A stretch of DNA of 64,000 bases, from assembly GCA_965227295.1 (NCBI GenBank), contig OZ245742.1, forward strand, positions 4,704,001 to 4,768,000, given 5' to 3'. Below are positions 40,970-50,602 of this stretch, in pieces. Within the stretch, counting starts at the first letter, position 1. Every line of letters starts with the position of its first letter. Source of the stretch: Leptonemataceae bacterium (GTDB lineage Bacteria; Spirochaetota; Leptospiria; Leptospirales; Leptonemataceae). Both the position numbers and the translations under genes were made by a program. The notes under the pieces were generated by a model. That model was not told the origin of the DNA. It worked only from the letters and a program-made list of their open reading frames with translations, and made no database searches.

Positions 40970-41998
40970 ATGATCTACGAACCCGTCATGCGAGCCGGCG
41001 CCGATCTCATCCTCTGGTGCCAGGCGAATCTTTCGTTTCTCTTCGTACCCATGGAAGTTTTTACGCTCATGGGCGAGGAGTTTTTCTACATCGGCTTGAT
41101 TCCACTCATCTACTGGTGCGTGCACCCGGCGACCGGTCTGCGCCTGCTGGTCCTCCTCGCGTTCAGCAGTTTTTTGAACGCCCTGCTCAAATGGATGTTT
41201 CACAGCCCGCGGCCGTACTGGTGGGACCCCGCCGTCGACGGCATGCGCCACGAAACCGGTTTTTGCCCGCCGTCCGGACACTCGCAAAACGCGGTGACGT
41301 TCTGGGGCTACCTCGCTTCGAGTTACGCGCGGTTCACCGCCGCCGCGGGCCGCGGTACGACCTGGATCTGGGTCGCCTTCGTGGTGCTCGCGTTTTTGAT
41401 TTCCATCTCGCGCATGATTCTCGGCGTACACTTTCCGCACAGCCTGGTCCTCGGCTGGACCGTCGGCGCCATCACACTCATCGCGTACATCAAGTTGCTG
41501 CCCGCGTTCGAAACCTGGTTTCGTTCGCAGGGTCTCGTCGTACAGATCGCGTTTTCGTTCGGCATATCGTTCGCGCTGCTTGCGGTGATGTGGCTTGTGG
41601 CGCCGTACATCGCCTCGGTCGCCGACATCGAACGCTGGGTGGCGAACGCCGCGGCGGACCAACCCGGCACGGCGAAGAAGCCGGCCATCGATCCGTTATC
41701 CGTAAACGGTTTTTACAGTTATGCCGCGGTCCTGGCCGGCGCCGGTGTCGGCGGCGCGTTGATGTTGCGCACCGCCCGCTTCGAAGCCGGCGGCCCGCTA
41801 TGGCAGCGCGCGCTGCGCTACGTCCTGGGCATGATCGTGCTCATTGCGATTTATGTCTCCGGCACGCTGGCCCCGAAAGAACCCGAGGCCCTGGCCTACG
41901 CCTTTCGCTACGCGCGCTACTTCCTGATGATGCTCTGGGCCATCTGGCTGGCCCCGCTGATGTTCCTCAGGCTCGGCCTGGTGAAAGCGAAAGTTTGA
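40970..41998 (+). CDS. PAP2 family membrane phosphatase
   Basis: K..FHSPRP, PSGH, SRMILGVHF motifs; multiple TM helices. Confidence 0.9.
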   Translation: MIYEPVMRAGADLILWCQANLSFLFVPMEVFTLMGEEFFYIGLIPLIYWCVHPATGLRLLVLLAFSSFLNALLKWMFHSPRPYWWDPAVDGMRHETGFCPPSGHSQNAVTFWGYLASSYARFTAAAGRGTTWIWVAFVVLAFLISISRMILGVHFPHSLVLGWTVGAITLIAYIKLLPAFETWFRSQGLVVQIAFSFGISFALLAVMWLVAPYIASVADIERWVANAAADQPGTAKKPAIDPLSVNGFYSYAAVLAGAGVGGALMLRTARFEAGGPLWQRALRYVLGMIVLIAIYVSGTLAPKEPEALAYAFRYARYFLMMLWAIWLAPLMFLRLGLVKAKV

Positions 41999-42020
41999 CG
42001 GCGGAGGGTTTGGGGGATTG

Positions 42021-42074
42021 ACTCCGAGGACCGAAGTATCGAGCAAAGAAAGTCGGTGCCCCGGTCCTCGGAGT
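42021..42074. repeat. Short REP/MITE-like element, ACTCCGAGGACCG family
   Basis: ACTCCGAGGACCG ... CGGTCCTCGGAGT 13-bp perfect IR. Confidence 0.85.
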
Positions 42075-42212
42075 ACACACATCCTCCGAATCTCGTTTGT
42101 AAAATCGTTGCCGGGGTAAGGCCTTCTCAAATCATCGTTGCGGCGGCGGAACGTCTCGCACCGGCGGACCCTTACATTCTCGATCAAACGCCGCTCACAC
42201 CAGGAGGAATCA

Positions 42213-42968
42213 GTGGAAATCGCAAAATACGGATTCGAAGATATTAAAGATCAAGTTGTAGTCATCACCGGCTCGGGCCGGGGCATCGGCCGCGCCACGG
42301 CGGAACTCTTCGCGCACATGGGTGCAAAGGTAGTCGTGTCGGACATCGACGCCGACGTAACGAAACAGGCCGAAGAAGAAGTCGGCAAAATCAGTGAATG
42401 CATCGGTGTCACCTGCAACATCACCGACCGCGAACAGGTCGACGCCATGATGCAGGCGGCCATCGATAAATGGGGCAAGATCGACACCCTCGTGAACAAC
42501 GCGGGCATCACCAAAGACGGCCTCTTCCTGAAGATGAAGCCGGATCAGTGGAACTTCATCATCGACGTCAACCTGAACGGAACCTATCACTGCGCTCATG
42601 CCGCGGTACTGCACATGCGCAAGGCGCGTCGCGGCAGCATCATCAACCTGTCGTCTCTGTCCCGCACCGGTAACCCGGGCCAGGCAAACTACGCCGCGGC
42701 CAAAGCGGGCGTCATCGGTTTCACCAAGTCCCTCGCGAAAGAAATCGGCGCCATGGGCATCCGCGCCAACGTCGTCGCCCCGGGCTTCGTAGAAACCCGC
42801 CTCACCGAGGCAATCCCGGATAAGATTCAGGAAGAAATGGTTAAGAGCATCCCGCTGCGTCGCACCGGCAAACCCGTCGACATCGCCGGCCCGGTTCTGT
42901 TCCTGGCATCGGATCTCTCTTCGTACGTCAACGGCGCCGTCATCGACGTCAACGGCGGGGTATACTGA
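42213..42968 (+). CDS. fabG: 3-oxoacyl-ACP reductase (classical SDR)
   Basis: TGSGRGIG, NNAGITKD, GQANYAAAKAG, NVVAPGF; RBS AGGAGG before GTG 42213. Confidence 0.85.
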   Translation: MEIAKYGFEDIKDQVVVITGSGRGIGRATAELFAHMGAKVVVSDIDADVTKQAEEEVGKISECIGVTCNITDREQVDAMMQAAIDKWGKIDTLVNNAGITKDGLFLKMKPDQWNFIIDVNLNGTYHCAHAAVLHMRKARRGSIINLSSLSRTGNPGQANYAAAKAGVIGFTKSLAKEIGAMGIRANVVAPGFVETRLTEAIPDKIQEEMVKSIPLRRTGKPVDIAGPVLFLASDLSSYVNGAVIDVNGGVY

Positions 42969-42979
42969 AAAAACATTTC

Positions 42980-43106
42980 AATCCGAGGACCGAGGGAACG
43001 AGTATAAGATCAGAGTTTTTTCGCAACGGCCCATCGCCCATAACCGATCACCGTTCACATACGAAAATCCTCCCAAATCTTCCCTCGATCCCTCGGTCCT
43101 CGGAGT
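42980..43106. repeat. REP/MITE-like element, ACTCCGAGGACCGAG family
   Basis: TCCGAGGACCGAGGGA ... TCCCTCGGTCCTCGGA IR between convergent fabG and desaturase genes. Confidence 0.88.
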
Positions 43107-43112
43107 TCCAGC

Positions 43113-44018
43113 TTATCCCTCTTCCACAACCCGCCGCGCGGCTGCCGCGCTTCTCAGTACCCGCCACGATTCCACGAACGGCGCGTACAACTGTTTCCAG
43201 TAACTCCGCGGCAGCGGATCGTGTTCCACGCCCACTCCTTTCAGATCGCGATCGTGGGGATGGATGAACGTGCCGAAGACCACATCCCACACGCTGACGA
43301 TGTTTCCGTAGTTCGAGTTGCCCTCGTCCATGCGCAACGAATGATGCAGATGATGCACGTCCGCCGTGTTGACAAAGTAGTGCACGAAACGCGGAACCTC
43401 CATGCGAATGTTCGCGTGGGATAACGTACCGAAGATGTTCGTACACGCCGCGTACCAGAGCAACAGCTCGCCTGGAATGCCCAGCACGATCGCCGCACCG
43501 AACTTCAGGAGCGACACAACACTCGTCGAGAACCAGTGCACCCGCCCGGATTTCAGCACATGCATGCGATCCGGCTGATGATGAATTAAATGGAACGGCC
43601 AGAACGCCGGCACCTCGTGCATAAGGCGATGATACCAGTAACCGATCAGGTCGAGGATCAACACAACGAGCACCAGTTGGGCGATGCCGGGCCAGGACTC
43701 CGGCCAGAGCCCGATGGCCAGGGCGTTGCTCGCCGCGCCGGCCACTACGGCGACCAGCACACGGCCCAGGGAACGACCAAGGTCCCCGCCGAGCACGGAG
43801 CCGCTGATGCTATGGGCGAAGTCCGCCCAGGCTCCTCCGTCCGAAAACAAACGCCATTCGCCGCGCCGCGGATATACGACCTCCAGCGCGGCAATGACAA
43901 CCAGATTCGACGCCGATTGCACAAAGACCACCAGGCCCGGGGCAAAACCGGCCTCGATGCCGGCGTAGACTCCGCCGAGACTCAACGCCAACAACACGGG
44001 ATACAATACACACTTCAT
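43113..44018 (-). CDS. Sterol desaturase / fatty-acid hydroxylase family membrane protein
   Basis: His boxes YWYHRLMH, FHLIHH, SHAN, HHLHH; NYG; WD..FGT. Confidence 0.92.
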   Translation of the reverse strand: MKCVLYPVLLALSLGGVYAGIEAGFAPGLVVFVQSASNLVVIAALEVVYPRRGEWRLFSDGGAWADFAHSISGSVLGGDLGRSLGRVLVAVVAGAASNALAIGLWPESWPGIAQLVLVVLILDLIGYWYHRLMHEVPAFWPFHLIHHQPDRMHVLKSGRVHWFSTSVVSLLKFGAAIVLGIPGELLLWYAACTNIFGTLSHANIRMEVPRFVHYFVNTADVHHLHHSLRMDEGNSNYGNIVSVWDVVFGTFIHPHDRDLKGVGVEHDPLPRSYWKQLYAPFVESWRVLRSAAAARRVVEEG

Positions 44019-44174
44019 TAATACCTCCAAATTCAGGCATCATTCAAACACGTTTCGCGACGGCGGTCGTCAGGAGTGATCATCCTGGAGTCCGAAATGA
44101 TCATTCCAAACTCTCGTGGGCATGGGAGACTCGCAAATGGCTTGCGATCCCGTCCCCCGCACCGAAGTTGTAGT

Positions 44175-45284
44175 GTGAGTTCGACTCTCGCGGGAATTGT
44201 TGCCAGCGGAATCCTCGGCGGCTCCGGCGTTGCCTTCGTCAACGCGTTGAGCTTCGCGGCAGTGCGGAGCGAACGTCACACCGAACGCATCATCACGACA
44301 CTGCTCTACGCCTGCATCGGCATGTTTCTTCTGCGCTCGGCCCTCGTCCTGAACGGCACGTTACTGGACTATCCGCGCGTGTTGATCATGCAATTCGTCT
44401 GGCTCTATGCCTTCGGGCCGCTGTACTACTGGAACGTACGCGCCCAGGTGCACCCGGACTTTCGACTGCGTCCCCGGGATGCGCTGCATCTGCTTCCCGT
44501 GGGCCTGGTGCTCGTCCTGGACGTGTACTTCTACGTCCATCCGGAAGTGGATGAGACGTATCTGCGAACCTGCCTGGTTTCGCGCTTCGAATTCGGTCCG
44601 GCTTCGTACATGTGGCTGGCCGGTGTGGCCGGGCTCGGCGCCTACGGCCTCGCGGCCACGTATTCCCTGCTCGGTCTGTGGGAGATCGCCGGCGTATGGC
44701 GCAACGATGCCATGCCGGCCGAGGTTCGCTACGTTTGCATTTTCCTCGGCGGGGCCTTCATCGCCGTTCCGTTGCTTTTCCTGGGAGATCTGCTGGTGTC
44801 GGAGGTCCTGGGGGCAACCGGCCTCACCGCGGTGGTGCTCATGCTCGTGTCGCATGATGTGGCCGTGCGGCGCAACCCGGATCTATTGCCGTGTTTCTGC
44901 AAACTTACGCGCAGGAAAAGTTACGAAAAGTCCGTGCTGTCCGGCCTGGATACCGAGACGGTACTCGGCCGCCTCCGCGGACTCATGGAAGACGAGCGCC
45001 TGTACGCCGACGAAGATCTAAGCCTGGGCAGCCTGGCCGAGGAGCTGTCGTTGAACCGGCATCAGCTTTCGGAACTACTGAACCGTCGCACGGGCATGAA
45101 CTTCAACGCCTACGTGAATCAGTATCGCATCCGGGCGGCCTGTGAGATGTTAACGACCGAGCCGGATCGCTCAGTCCTTTCGGTGGCCCACGCCGCGGGT
45201 TTCAATTCGAAGTCCGCCTTTCACAGCGCTTTCGCGAAGTTCACCGGGCAGACACCGCAGCAATACCGCCGCTCCCGGAGCTGA
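44175..45284 (+). CDS. Membrane-bound AraC family transcriptional regulator
   Basis: Multi-TM N-terminus; C-terminal HQLSELLN...NFNAYVNQYRI...AGFNSKSAF; divergent from the desaturase; start uncertain (44076-44175). Confidence 0.9.
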   Translation: MSSTLAGIVASGILGGSGVAFVNALSFAAVRSERHTERIITTLLYACIGMFLLRSALVLNGTLLDYPRVLIMQFVWLYAFGPLYYWNVRAQVHPDFRLRPRDALHLLPVGLVLVLDVYFYVHPEVDETYLRTCLVSRFEFGPASYMWLAGVAGLGAYGLAATYSLLGLWEIAGVWRNDAMPAEVRYVCIFLGGAFIAVPLLFLGDLLVSEVLGATGLTAVVLMLVSHDVAVRRNPDLLPCFCKLTRRKSYEKSVLSGLDTETVLGRLRGLMEDERLYADEDLSLGSLAEELSLNRHQLSELLNRRTGMNFNAYVNQYRIRAACEMLTTEPDRSVLSVAHAAGFNSKSAFHSAFAKFTGQTPQQYRRSRS

Positions 45285-45935
45285 TCAGTGGAGCGGTGCA
45301 AAGACCTGAACGACGAAGTACTTCTCGCCGTTCCAGCGGACGGCGTGCCCCGCCGCATCGTAGTCGGGATGCAGGATGTTCCGGCGATGCCCTTTTGAGT
45401 TCATCCAGCGCTGCACCAGGTTGCGGGCCAGTTCGTCCTCGTCCTGAAACCAGCGGACCTGTCGCGTCCACACCCGGTACGGCCCCTGATCATCCTTATC
45501 CCAGTAGAAGGTGACCCCGGCGCCGGTATGCGCCATGGATTCGACCAGGTTTTCGCCGCAGCACGCCAGCACGCGTCCTGCTCCCACCGGCTCGGCGTAA
45601 CGACGCAAGCAGACCCGCACATCTCCGCCTTGTTGTCGGCACGCTGCTTTCACGCGATCCCGGGCCCGGGCATGACGCGTACCGTAGTGCGAGAGCCGGC
45701 CGACATGCACCAGGTCGGCCGCATGGAGGTCGGCCGCCTGCGTCAGAATCACGTCCGAACCGAGGGGCTCCAGACCCCGGCGCCACCGCTCCTCGTTCGT
45801 GTACGCGAGGATGCGCTCCGCCAGCACGGTCGAATTCAGTTCCGGCCGGGGCGGCAGGTCGCGCTCGGAAGTGCGCCAGTGCAGATGCCCCAGCACGCCC
45901 GATACAACCACAGCGATGGCAATCATGGCCCGCAT
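45285..45935 (-). CDS. CAP/SCP domain exported protein
   Basis: TNEER...GL.PL, AADLHAADL, GENL, WMNSKGHRRNIL, VQVF. Confidence 0.9.
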   Translation of the reverse strand: MRAMIAIAVVVSGVLGHLHWRTSERDLPPRPELNSTVLAERILAYTNEERWRRGLEPLGSDVILTQAADLHAADLVHVGRLSHYGTRHARARDRVKAACRQQGGDVRVCLRRYAEPVGAGRVLACCGENLVESMAHTGAGVTFYWDKDDQGPYRVWTRQVRWFQDEDELARNLVQRWMNSKGHRRNILHPDYDAAGHAVRWNGEKYFVVQVFAPLH

Positions 45936-46092
45936 AAGAGATACACTAGCATGTCAGCACAGCAATACAACAAAAAGAAATCTACATGCAACAATAACGT
46001 CACATTTCTATGGTCCGGCTGCCTCCTTGCGACGGGCGAGGCCCGGGAGGCTCAACTGGTCAGATTTCCGGATTCCCATTATGCTGGGCCGT

Positions 46093-46566
46093 ATGGGACT
46101 CTTACTCAATCTCTTACTGACCCTGCTCATCGGTTTCGCGGCAACCGCCGCCATGTCATTATTTCTGTACCTGGCCCATGCCAGCGGCCTCGTAAACGCC
46201 GACATGATTCGGGCCCTCGGCAGTATGATTACCAAACGATTGGAGAACAGTGTCGTGCCGGGCCTGGTCACGCATTTCATCGCCGGCGCGATGTTTGCCT
46301 TTCCTTACGCGATTTTGTTAACCCTGCTCCGCACCGACAGCGTGGGCATCGGCGGCGCGGTGGGAGCGCTGGCAGGTTTCTTTCACGGCTTTGTGTTCAG
46401 CTTCGTTCTGATCGCGATGGTGGCGGAATCCCATCCCATTGAACGTTTTCGAAAGGTCGGTCGTTCCGTGGCCGTGGTCCACATCCTGGCTCACGTCGTC
46501 TACGGCCTGGCCATGGGCCTGTTGATTCAAGGCCTCGCCGTCGACTTTGGTCTGACCACCGTGTAA
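46093..46566 (+). CDS. Hypothetical 4-TM membrane protein with conserved-looking His residues
   Basis: Hydrophobic ORF; ATAAMS, GLVTHF, AGFFHG, AHVVYG. Confidence 0.75.
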   Translation: MGLLLNLLLTLLIGFAATAAMSLFLYLAHASGLVNADMIRALGSMITKRLENSVVPGLVTHFIAGAMFAFPYAILLTLLRTDSVGIGGAVGALAGFFHGFVFSFVLIAMVAESHPIERFRKVGRSVAVVHILAHVVYGLAMGLLIQGLAVDFGLTTV

Positions 46567-46632
46567 GTTAAGATCATCTTAGAAATACTTATGCAGCTTG
46601 TCTTGATCAGGCGCATAGATAAACTGACACTT

Positions 46633-47310
46633 ATGAACTACAGTCGTATCGTTCCGGCCGTCCTGGCTGCCGCCCTGTCGGCATTGTTGATCGCCCCCGC
46701 CTGCCAGAGCCTTCCGGTGGAAAGCCCGTCCGCGGATCGCCTCATTGCCCTCGGTCCGCCGGATGCACAGTGTACTCCCGTCGATACCCACACGGAACTT
46801 TACGTTCTCTTCGGTACGGTGCCGCTGCGAACGGCCTCTCCCGAGAAGCTCTTTGCGGGCAATGCTTCCAGCTATCGACTGCGGCGGGAGATTCGCTGGC
46901 ACGATGTACTCGTCTCCGTTCCGGGCGGCCTGATCCTTTCGCTCACGAAGAACACACTGGTCGTGGAAGAGTGCGCGGCCGAACCGGCCTTCCTGACCGC
47001 GACCGAGAAACGCAGCTACCTGGAAAAGGCCGCCGCGAAAGAAACCGAGGAGCAGCAAAAGAAGGTCAACGCGGCACTGGACGCATTCTTGAAGCAACTC
47101 GCCGATTCTGACGAAGCCGATGTTGTAGTACTCCTGAAGTCCGGAGAACGCCGGGCCGGCCGCCTGGCCGAAGTAAGGGAAACCGAGATCGTTCTGGAAA
47201 TCACCGCTGAGGCAGCCCCCGACGACGACAAAGTCGAGAACGTCGAGGACCGCCGGGATACGATTCGCCTGGAAGAAATCCGGCGCCTGATTTTGCTCGA
47301 AGAAAAATGA
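46633..47310 (+). CDS. Hypothetical lipoprotein (Bor/Iss-like N-terminal part)
   Basis: Signal ending LIAPAC; YVLFGTVPL...T..VEEC. Confidence 0.65.
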   Translation: MNYSRIVPAVLAAALSALLIAPACQSLPVESPSADRLIALGPPDAQCTPVDTHTELYVLFGTVPLRTASPEKLFAGNASSYRLRREIRWHDVLVSVPGGLILSLTKNTLVVEECAAEPAFLTATEKRSYLEKAAAKETEEQQKKVNAALDAFLKQLADSDEADVVVLLKSGERRAGRLAEVRETEIVLEITAEAAPDDDKVENVEDRRDTIRLEEIRRLILLEEK

Positions 47311-47330
47311 GATGAGCACCGCGCGGGAAC

Positions 47331-47993
47331 TCAGAGTTTCTTCTGCAACGCCTGCGCTTCCTCGCGAAACTTCTGCTGCATGATCTTCGTTTTCGGATCT
47401 TCCGGAATGGCCAGGGTCTGATCGAGCAATTGCTTCGCCTCGTCCTTGCGCCCCTTCGAGATATAGAGATCCGCCAGATACGTGAGATTAAAACCGAAGT
47501 TCGGAGCCAGCTCCACGGCACGCTTCAAACATTCTTCCGATTTTTTTGCATCGCCCGGTCCCACCGGCCAGCCGGGGGCCTGCTGGTAAAAGCGACCGAG
47601 CAAACGCAGGGCGCCGGCGCTGAAGTACGCCTCGTCCAGATCCCGGGCTTTCTTGCCGTGGGTCTCGATGGGCCCCAGATAAAACAACGACGACATGATG
47701 CCGCGAATGACACCGTGGTTGCCCATGTTCGACGCATACCAGAGATGTGCGGCCGCGGACTCGGGCGCGGCCTCTACGGCCTTCTTGCCGGCCTCGACGC
47801 CCTCGCCGAAGTACTTCTCTTTATCGGCGGTCTCTTCGGCGTAGTCTCCAAGCCAGTAATAGACCTGAGACAACAGCGGCAGCGCCTCCGCCGGATTGCT
47901 CTCGATATCTTTTAGTAAAATGTCCCGGGCCTTTTCCAGGTTGCCCGGATAGTCCGCCTCGCGTTCTTCCAGCAGTTGCTCTACTTCCGACAT
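47331..47993 (-). CDS. TPR protein (TatT-like)
   Basis: TPR helices; LGRFYQQAPGWP.GPGD...E..LKRAVEL; RBS GGAG. Confidence 0.75.
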   Translation of the reverse strand: MSEVEQLLEEREADYPGNLEKARDILLKDIESNPAEALPLLSQVYYWLGDYAEETADKEKYFGEGVEAGKKAVEAAPESAAAHLWYASNMGNHGVIRGIMSSLFYLGPIETHGKKARDLDEAYFSAGALRLLGRFYQQAPGWPVGPGDAKKSEECLKRAVELAPNFGFNLTYLADLYISKGRKDEAKQLLDQTLAIPEDPKTKIMQQKFREEAQALQKKL

Positions 47994-48020
47994 ACTCTCC
48001 CCCTATACCGCTCGCGCGGC

Positions 48021-48344
48021 TCAATCAATCTGAATCTGAAAGACTTTGTCGAGTCCGGAAACCTGGAAGATCTTGCGGATCGCTTCCTGCGGATTACGGA
48101 TGATGATTTCTCGCTCCGCCGCCTGCATCTTCCGATTCAGGGTGATCAACAACCCCATCCCCGACGAATCGATGAACGTCAGATCCTTAAGATTGAAGTG
48201 AACCGCCTTGCGATCCTGCTCCAGCAGTTTCAGAAACTCTTCCCGGAATTGTTCTACATTGTGGAGGACGAGCTTGCCGGTCAGTGAGACAACGCGCTGT
48301 TTCTCGTACTCCTCGACGGTGTAGTCCAACTCTTCGTCTTTCAT
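48021..48344 (-). CDS. STAS domain anti-sigma factor antagonist
   Basis: LTFIDSSGMG.L phosphorylatable Ser motif; IFQVSGLDKVF. Confidence 0.92.
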   Translation of the reverse strand: MKDEELDYTVEEYEKQRVVSLTGKLVLHNVEQFREEFLKLLEQDRKAVHFNLKDLTFIDSSGMGLLITLNRKMQAAEREIIIRNPQEAIRKIFQVSGLDKVFQIQID

Positions 48345-48402
48345 AGGCCAACGTTGCGAGAATTGCCCCCGCCCGGCCAATCAAATTTCCCGCCTCCCCG
48401 GC

Positions 48403-48669
48403 TCAAAGACTGAAGGCGGAGCTGACGACTTCCTTGAGGTTGTCCTCCAGTTCCCGTCGCGGCACGCCGCGCTGCAGGCACTCGCTAAGATGACGGCCTA
48501 CGAAGGCCTCCCCGAATTTTTTCAGGGCGTTGTTGGATGCTTTCAGTAGCTGGATCGTCTTCATGCAATCCGGGTTTTCGTCTTCCAGCAGACGTTTGAT
48601 GGCCTCGATCTGGCCCTGGGCCCGGTTCAGCCGATGGATGAGGTCTTTGTGGGATTCGGCAGCGCTCAT
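48403..48669 (-). CDS. CsoR/RcnR family metal-sensing repressor
   Basis: RLNRAQGQIEAI...C...Q...HLSEC (C-H-C ligand pattern); 88 aa. Confidence 0.9.
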   Translation of the reverse strand: MSAAESHKDLIHRLNRAQGQIEAIKRLLEDENPDCMKTIQLLKASNNALKKFGEAFVGRHLSECLQRGVPRRELEDNLKEVVSSAFSL

Positions 48670-48670
48670 G

Positions 48671-48704
48671 GACGTAGTATACGGGGTAGGGTATACTACG
48701 TCAA
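48671..48704 (-). promoter_or_regulatory. CsoR-type operator overlapping a sigma70 promoter
   Basis: 12-bp perfect IR GACGTAGTATAC-GGGGTAGG-GTATACTACGTC (48671-48702); minus strand TTGACG-N17-TATACT, 6 nt before ATG. Confidence 0.85.
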
Positions 48705-48737
48705 GCCGCATCACCCCGATACGAACGGTTCGCGGGG

Positions 48738-50060
48738 CTATTCGATGGTAGCGGCGAGCATGGAGACATCGTCGAGCTTGCGGTAGCCGTTCCGAAACTC
48801 CTCCCAGCGGCGCAGAACATGATCCAGGACGTCCCCGGGAGCGCTGCCCGCCGGTAGTTCCAGAAGCGTCCGGTTGATGTGATCCATGCCGAACTCTTCT
48901 TTTTCCGGATTCTTGGCCTCGTTGATGCCGTCGGAGCAAACGAAGAGGGTATCGTCCGGACGCAGCTGGAAGTTTTTCCCGCGCACCCGCAGATGCGGAT
49001 CGATACCGAAGAAGGGCACGCCGTTGGTAGCGTCGAATTCGATGCTCTCGCAGAGATTGTAGATCTTGTCTTTACGCCGCAGCCAGACCAGGGCATGGCC
49101 GTAGTCGTAGAGCTGGAGGATGCGATGATTCTTTTCGTAGAGCATGGCCACGCCGGTGGCATACATCCCCTCCGGCGTTGTTTCGAAGATCATGCGGTTC
49201 AGCGTCGTAAGGCGACCACCCAGATCGAAGGACTGGAAGTCCGTTACCGGGCGACCGTTGAACTCCAGCATGGTTCGCACGGCGGTAGCAATGGACAAAA
49301 CCATCTGCGCGGCCTTGAGGCCTTTGCCGCAGACATCGAACAGCAGCAACAACGTAAGGTTTTCACTGAGTTCGTACACGGCGCCGTAGTCGCCGCCGGG
49401 GCCGGTCAGCGGTAAGACGCGCACGGCCGCCTGCATCGTATGCTCCACCGCCTGCCCGGTTCCCACCGGCGGGCGATACGTGCTGTTGTCGAGGACTTGC
49501 TCCTGAGCGTCGTTGCAGGCTTCCAGGTCCTGGCTGAAGTAGTAGTTCAATGCGTCCAGGACCCGACGAACGCTGGAGACACCGTAGAACTCGCCCTCAT
49601 GCAGGACGACGAACGGATCGAAACGAATCTCCTCGTCGCGGCCCATGAGAATGCGCGAAGCATCCGACAGGCGCGTATGTGAATCGAGGGTGACGACCCG
49701 GGTTTCCATGACGCCGGAGACCGGCGTGTTCGGCTTAAGCAAGAGATCGCGGGTGAACTGGTTCTGGGACAGGGCCGCGAAGAACATTTGTTTGCGGAGG
49801 TAGCCGGTGATCCGGCCGTCGTCCCGGCGGACGGCCAGATAGTCCACTTCCGGAAACTGCTGATAGAGCTCGTGCAGTTCCGTCGTCGTCGTGTTTTCGT
49901 TCAGAACAACGGCCCGGCCGGCGGTCAACCGTTCCAGTTCGTGCACGGTCCGCGCGGTCTTGCCGACTTCGTAGGCGGAAAAGATGGGACGATCTCTCCC
50001 GCGCCGCCCGCCCGATTCGGACTGTTCTTCTGTGTGCTGTAATTCCACGCTCGCGCTCAT
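48738..50060 (-). CDS. CBS-domain PP2C/SpoIIE phosphatase
   Basis: Paired CBS-like N-terminus (PVSGVM..VVTLD); GGDY, FDVCGKG, SDGINEA, DDVS. Confidence 0.85.
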   Translation of the reverse strand: MSASVELQHTEEQSESGGRRGRDRPIFSAYEVGKTARTVHELERLTAGRAVVLNENTTTTELHELYQQFPEVDYLAVRRDDGRITGYLRKQMFFAALSQNQFTRDLLLKPNTPVSGVMETRVVTLDSHTRLSDASRILMGRDEEIRFDPFVVLHEGEFYGVSSVRRVLDALNYYFSQDLEACNDAQEQVLDNSTYRPPVGTGQAVEHTMQAAVRVLPLTGPGGDYGAVYELSENLTLLLLFDVCGKGLKAAQMVLSIATAVRTMLEFNGRPVTDFQSFDLGGRLTTLNRMIFETTPEGMYATGVAMLYEKNHRILQLYDYGHALVWLRRKDKIYNLCESIEFDATNGVPFFGIDPHLRVRGKNFQLRPDDTLFVCSDGINEAKNPEKEEFGMDHINRTLLELPAGSAPGDVLDHVLRRWEEFRNGYRKLDDVSMLAATIE

Positions 50061-50097
50061 TCTTTCGGACCGGCCTTTAACTTCAATCTAAATAAAC

Positions 50098-50442
50098 TTA
50101 ATTCACGCCGAGCGGAACCGCCTCCAGGGCTGTCGCTTCCGTGTCGTGAATATCGAAAAAGGACACCAACCGCGTCATCTGCATGACTTGAAGCACGGAC
50201 GGTTGTATCTCGCACAGGCGCAGGCTACCGCCGCTCTTTTCCAGAGCCCCACGTCCGGAAATCAGCGCCCCGATTCCCGACGAGTCAATGTAAGCCACCC
50301 GGCCCAGGTTCACCACCGCGTGCGCTCCTGCTTCGCTCACTTCGCGGAGATGCTGCTTGAGAAGATCGGCGTTGTACAGATCCACTTCGCCGACGACTTC
50401 AAGGATCACACAGTCTCCACTTTTCCGTACCTGAATTTCCAT
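50098..50442 (-). CDS. STAS domain anti-sigma factor antagonist
   Basis: GEVDLYNA, VAYIDSSGIGAL. Confidence 0.93.
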   Translation of the reverse strand: MEIQVRKSGDCVILEVVGEVDLYNADLLKQHLREVSEAGAHAVVNLGRVAYIDSSGIGALISGRGALEKSGGSLRLCEIQPSVLQVMQMTRLVSFFDIHDTEATALEAVPLGVN

Positions 50443-50514
50443 GCTGCCAGGATAGAACTCAGCGGTTACAATCGTTTATCAAGATGGTGAATCGTTCATG
50501 AAGGTGAACGGTAC

Positions 50515-50552
50515 AAAAAAGACGGGCCCGATCCGTAGACCGGGCCCGTCTT
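50515..50552 (-). terminator. Rho-independent terminator after the TonB-dependent receptor
   Basis: GACGGGCCCG-N10-CGGGCCCGTC stem followed by 6 U on the minus strand. Confidence 0.85.
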
Positions 50553-50602
50553 GTGGGTTTGCAAACGAAGCGTGGATGAGCCATCCACACCCCGGAAGAA
50601 TC

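Noticed and set aside
43113..45284. Divergent desaturase / membrane AraC pair
   Set aside because: Common arrangement; nothing unusual seen
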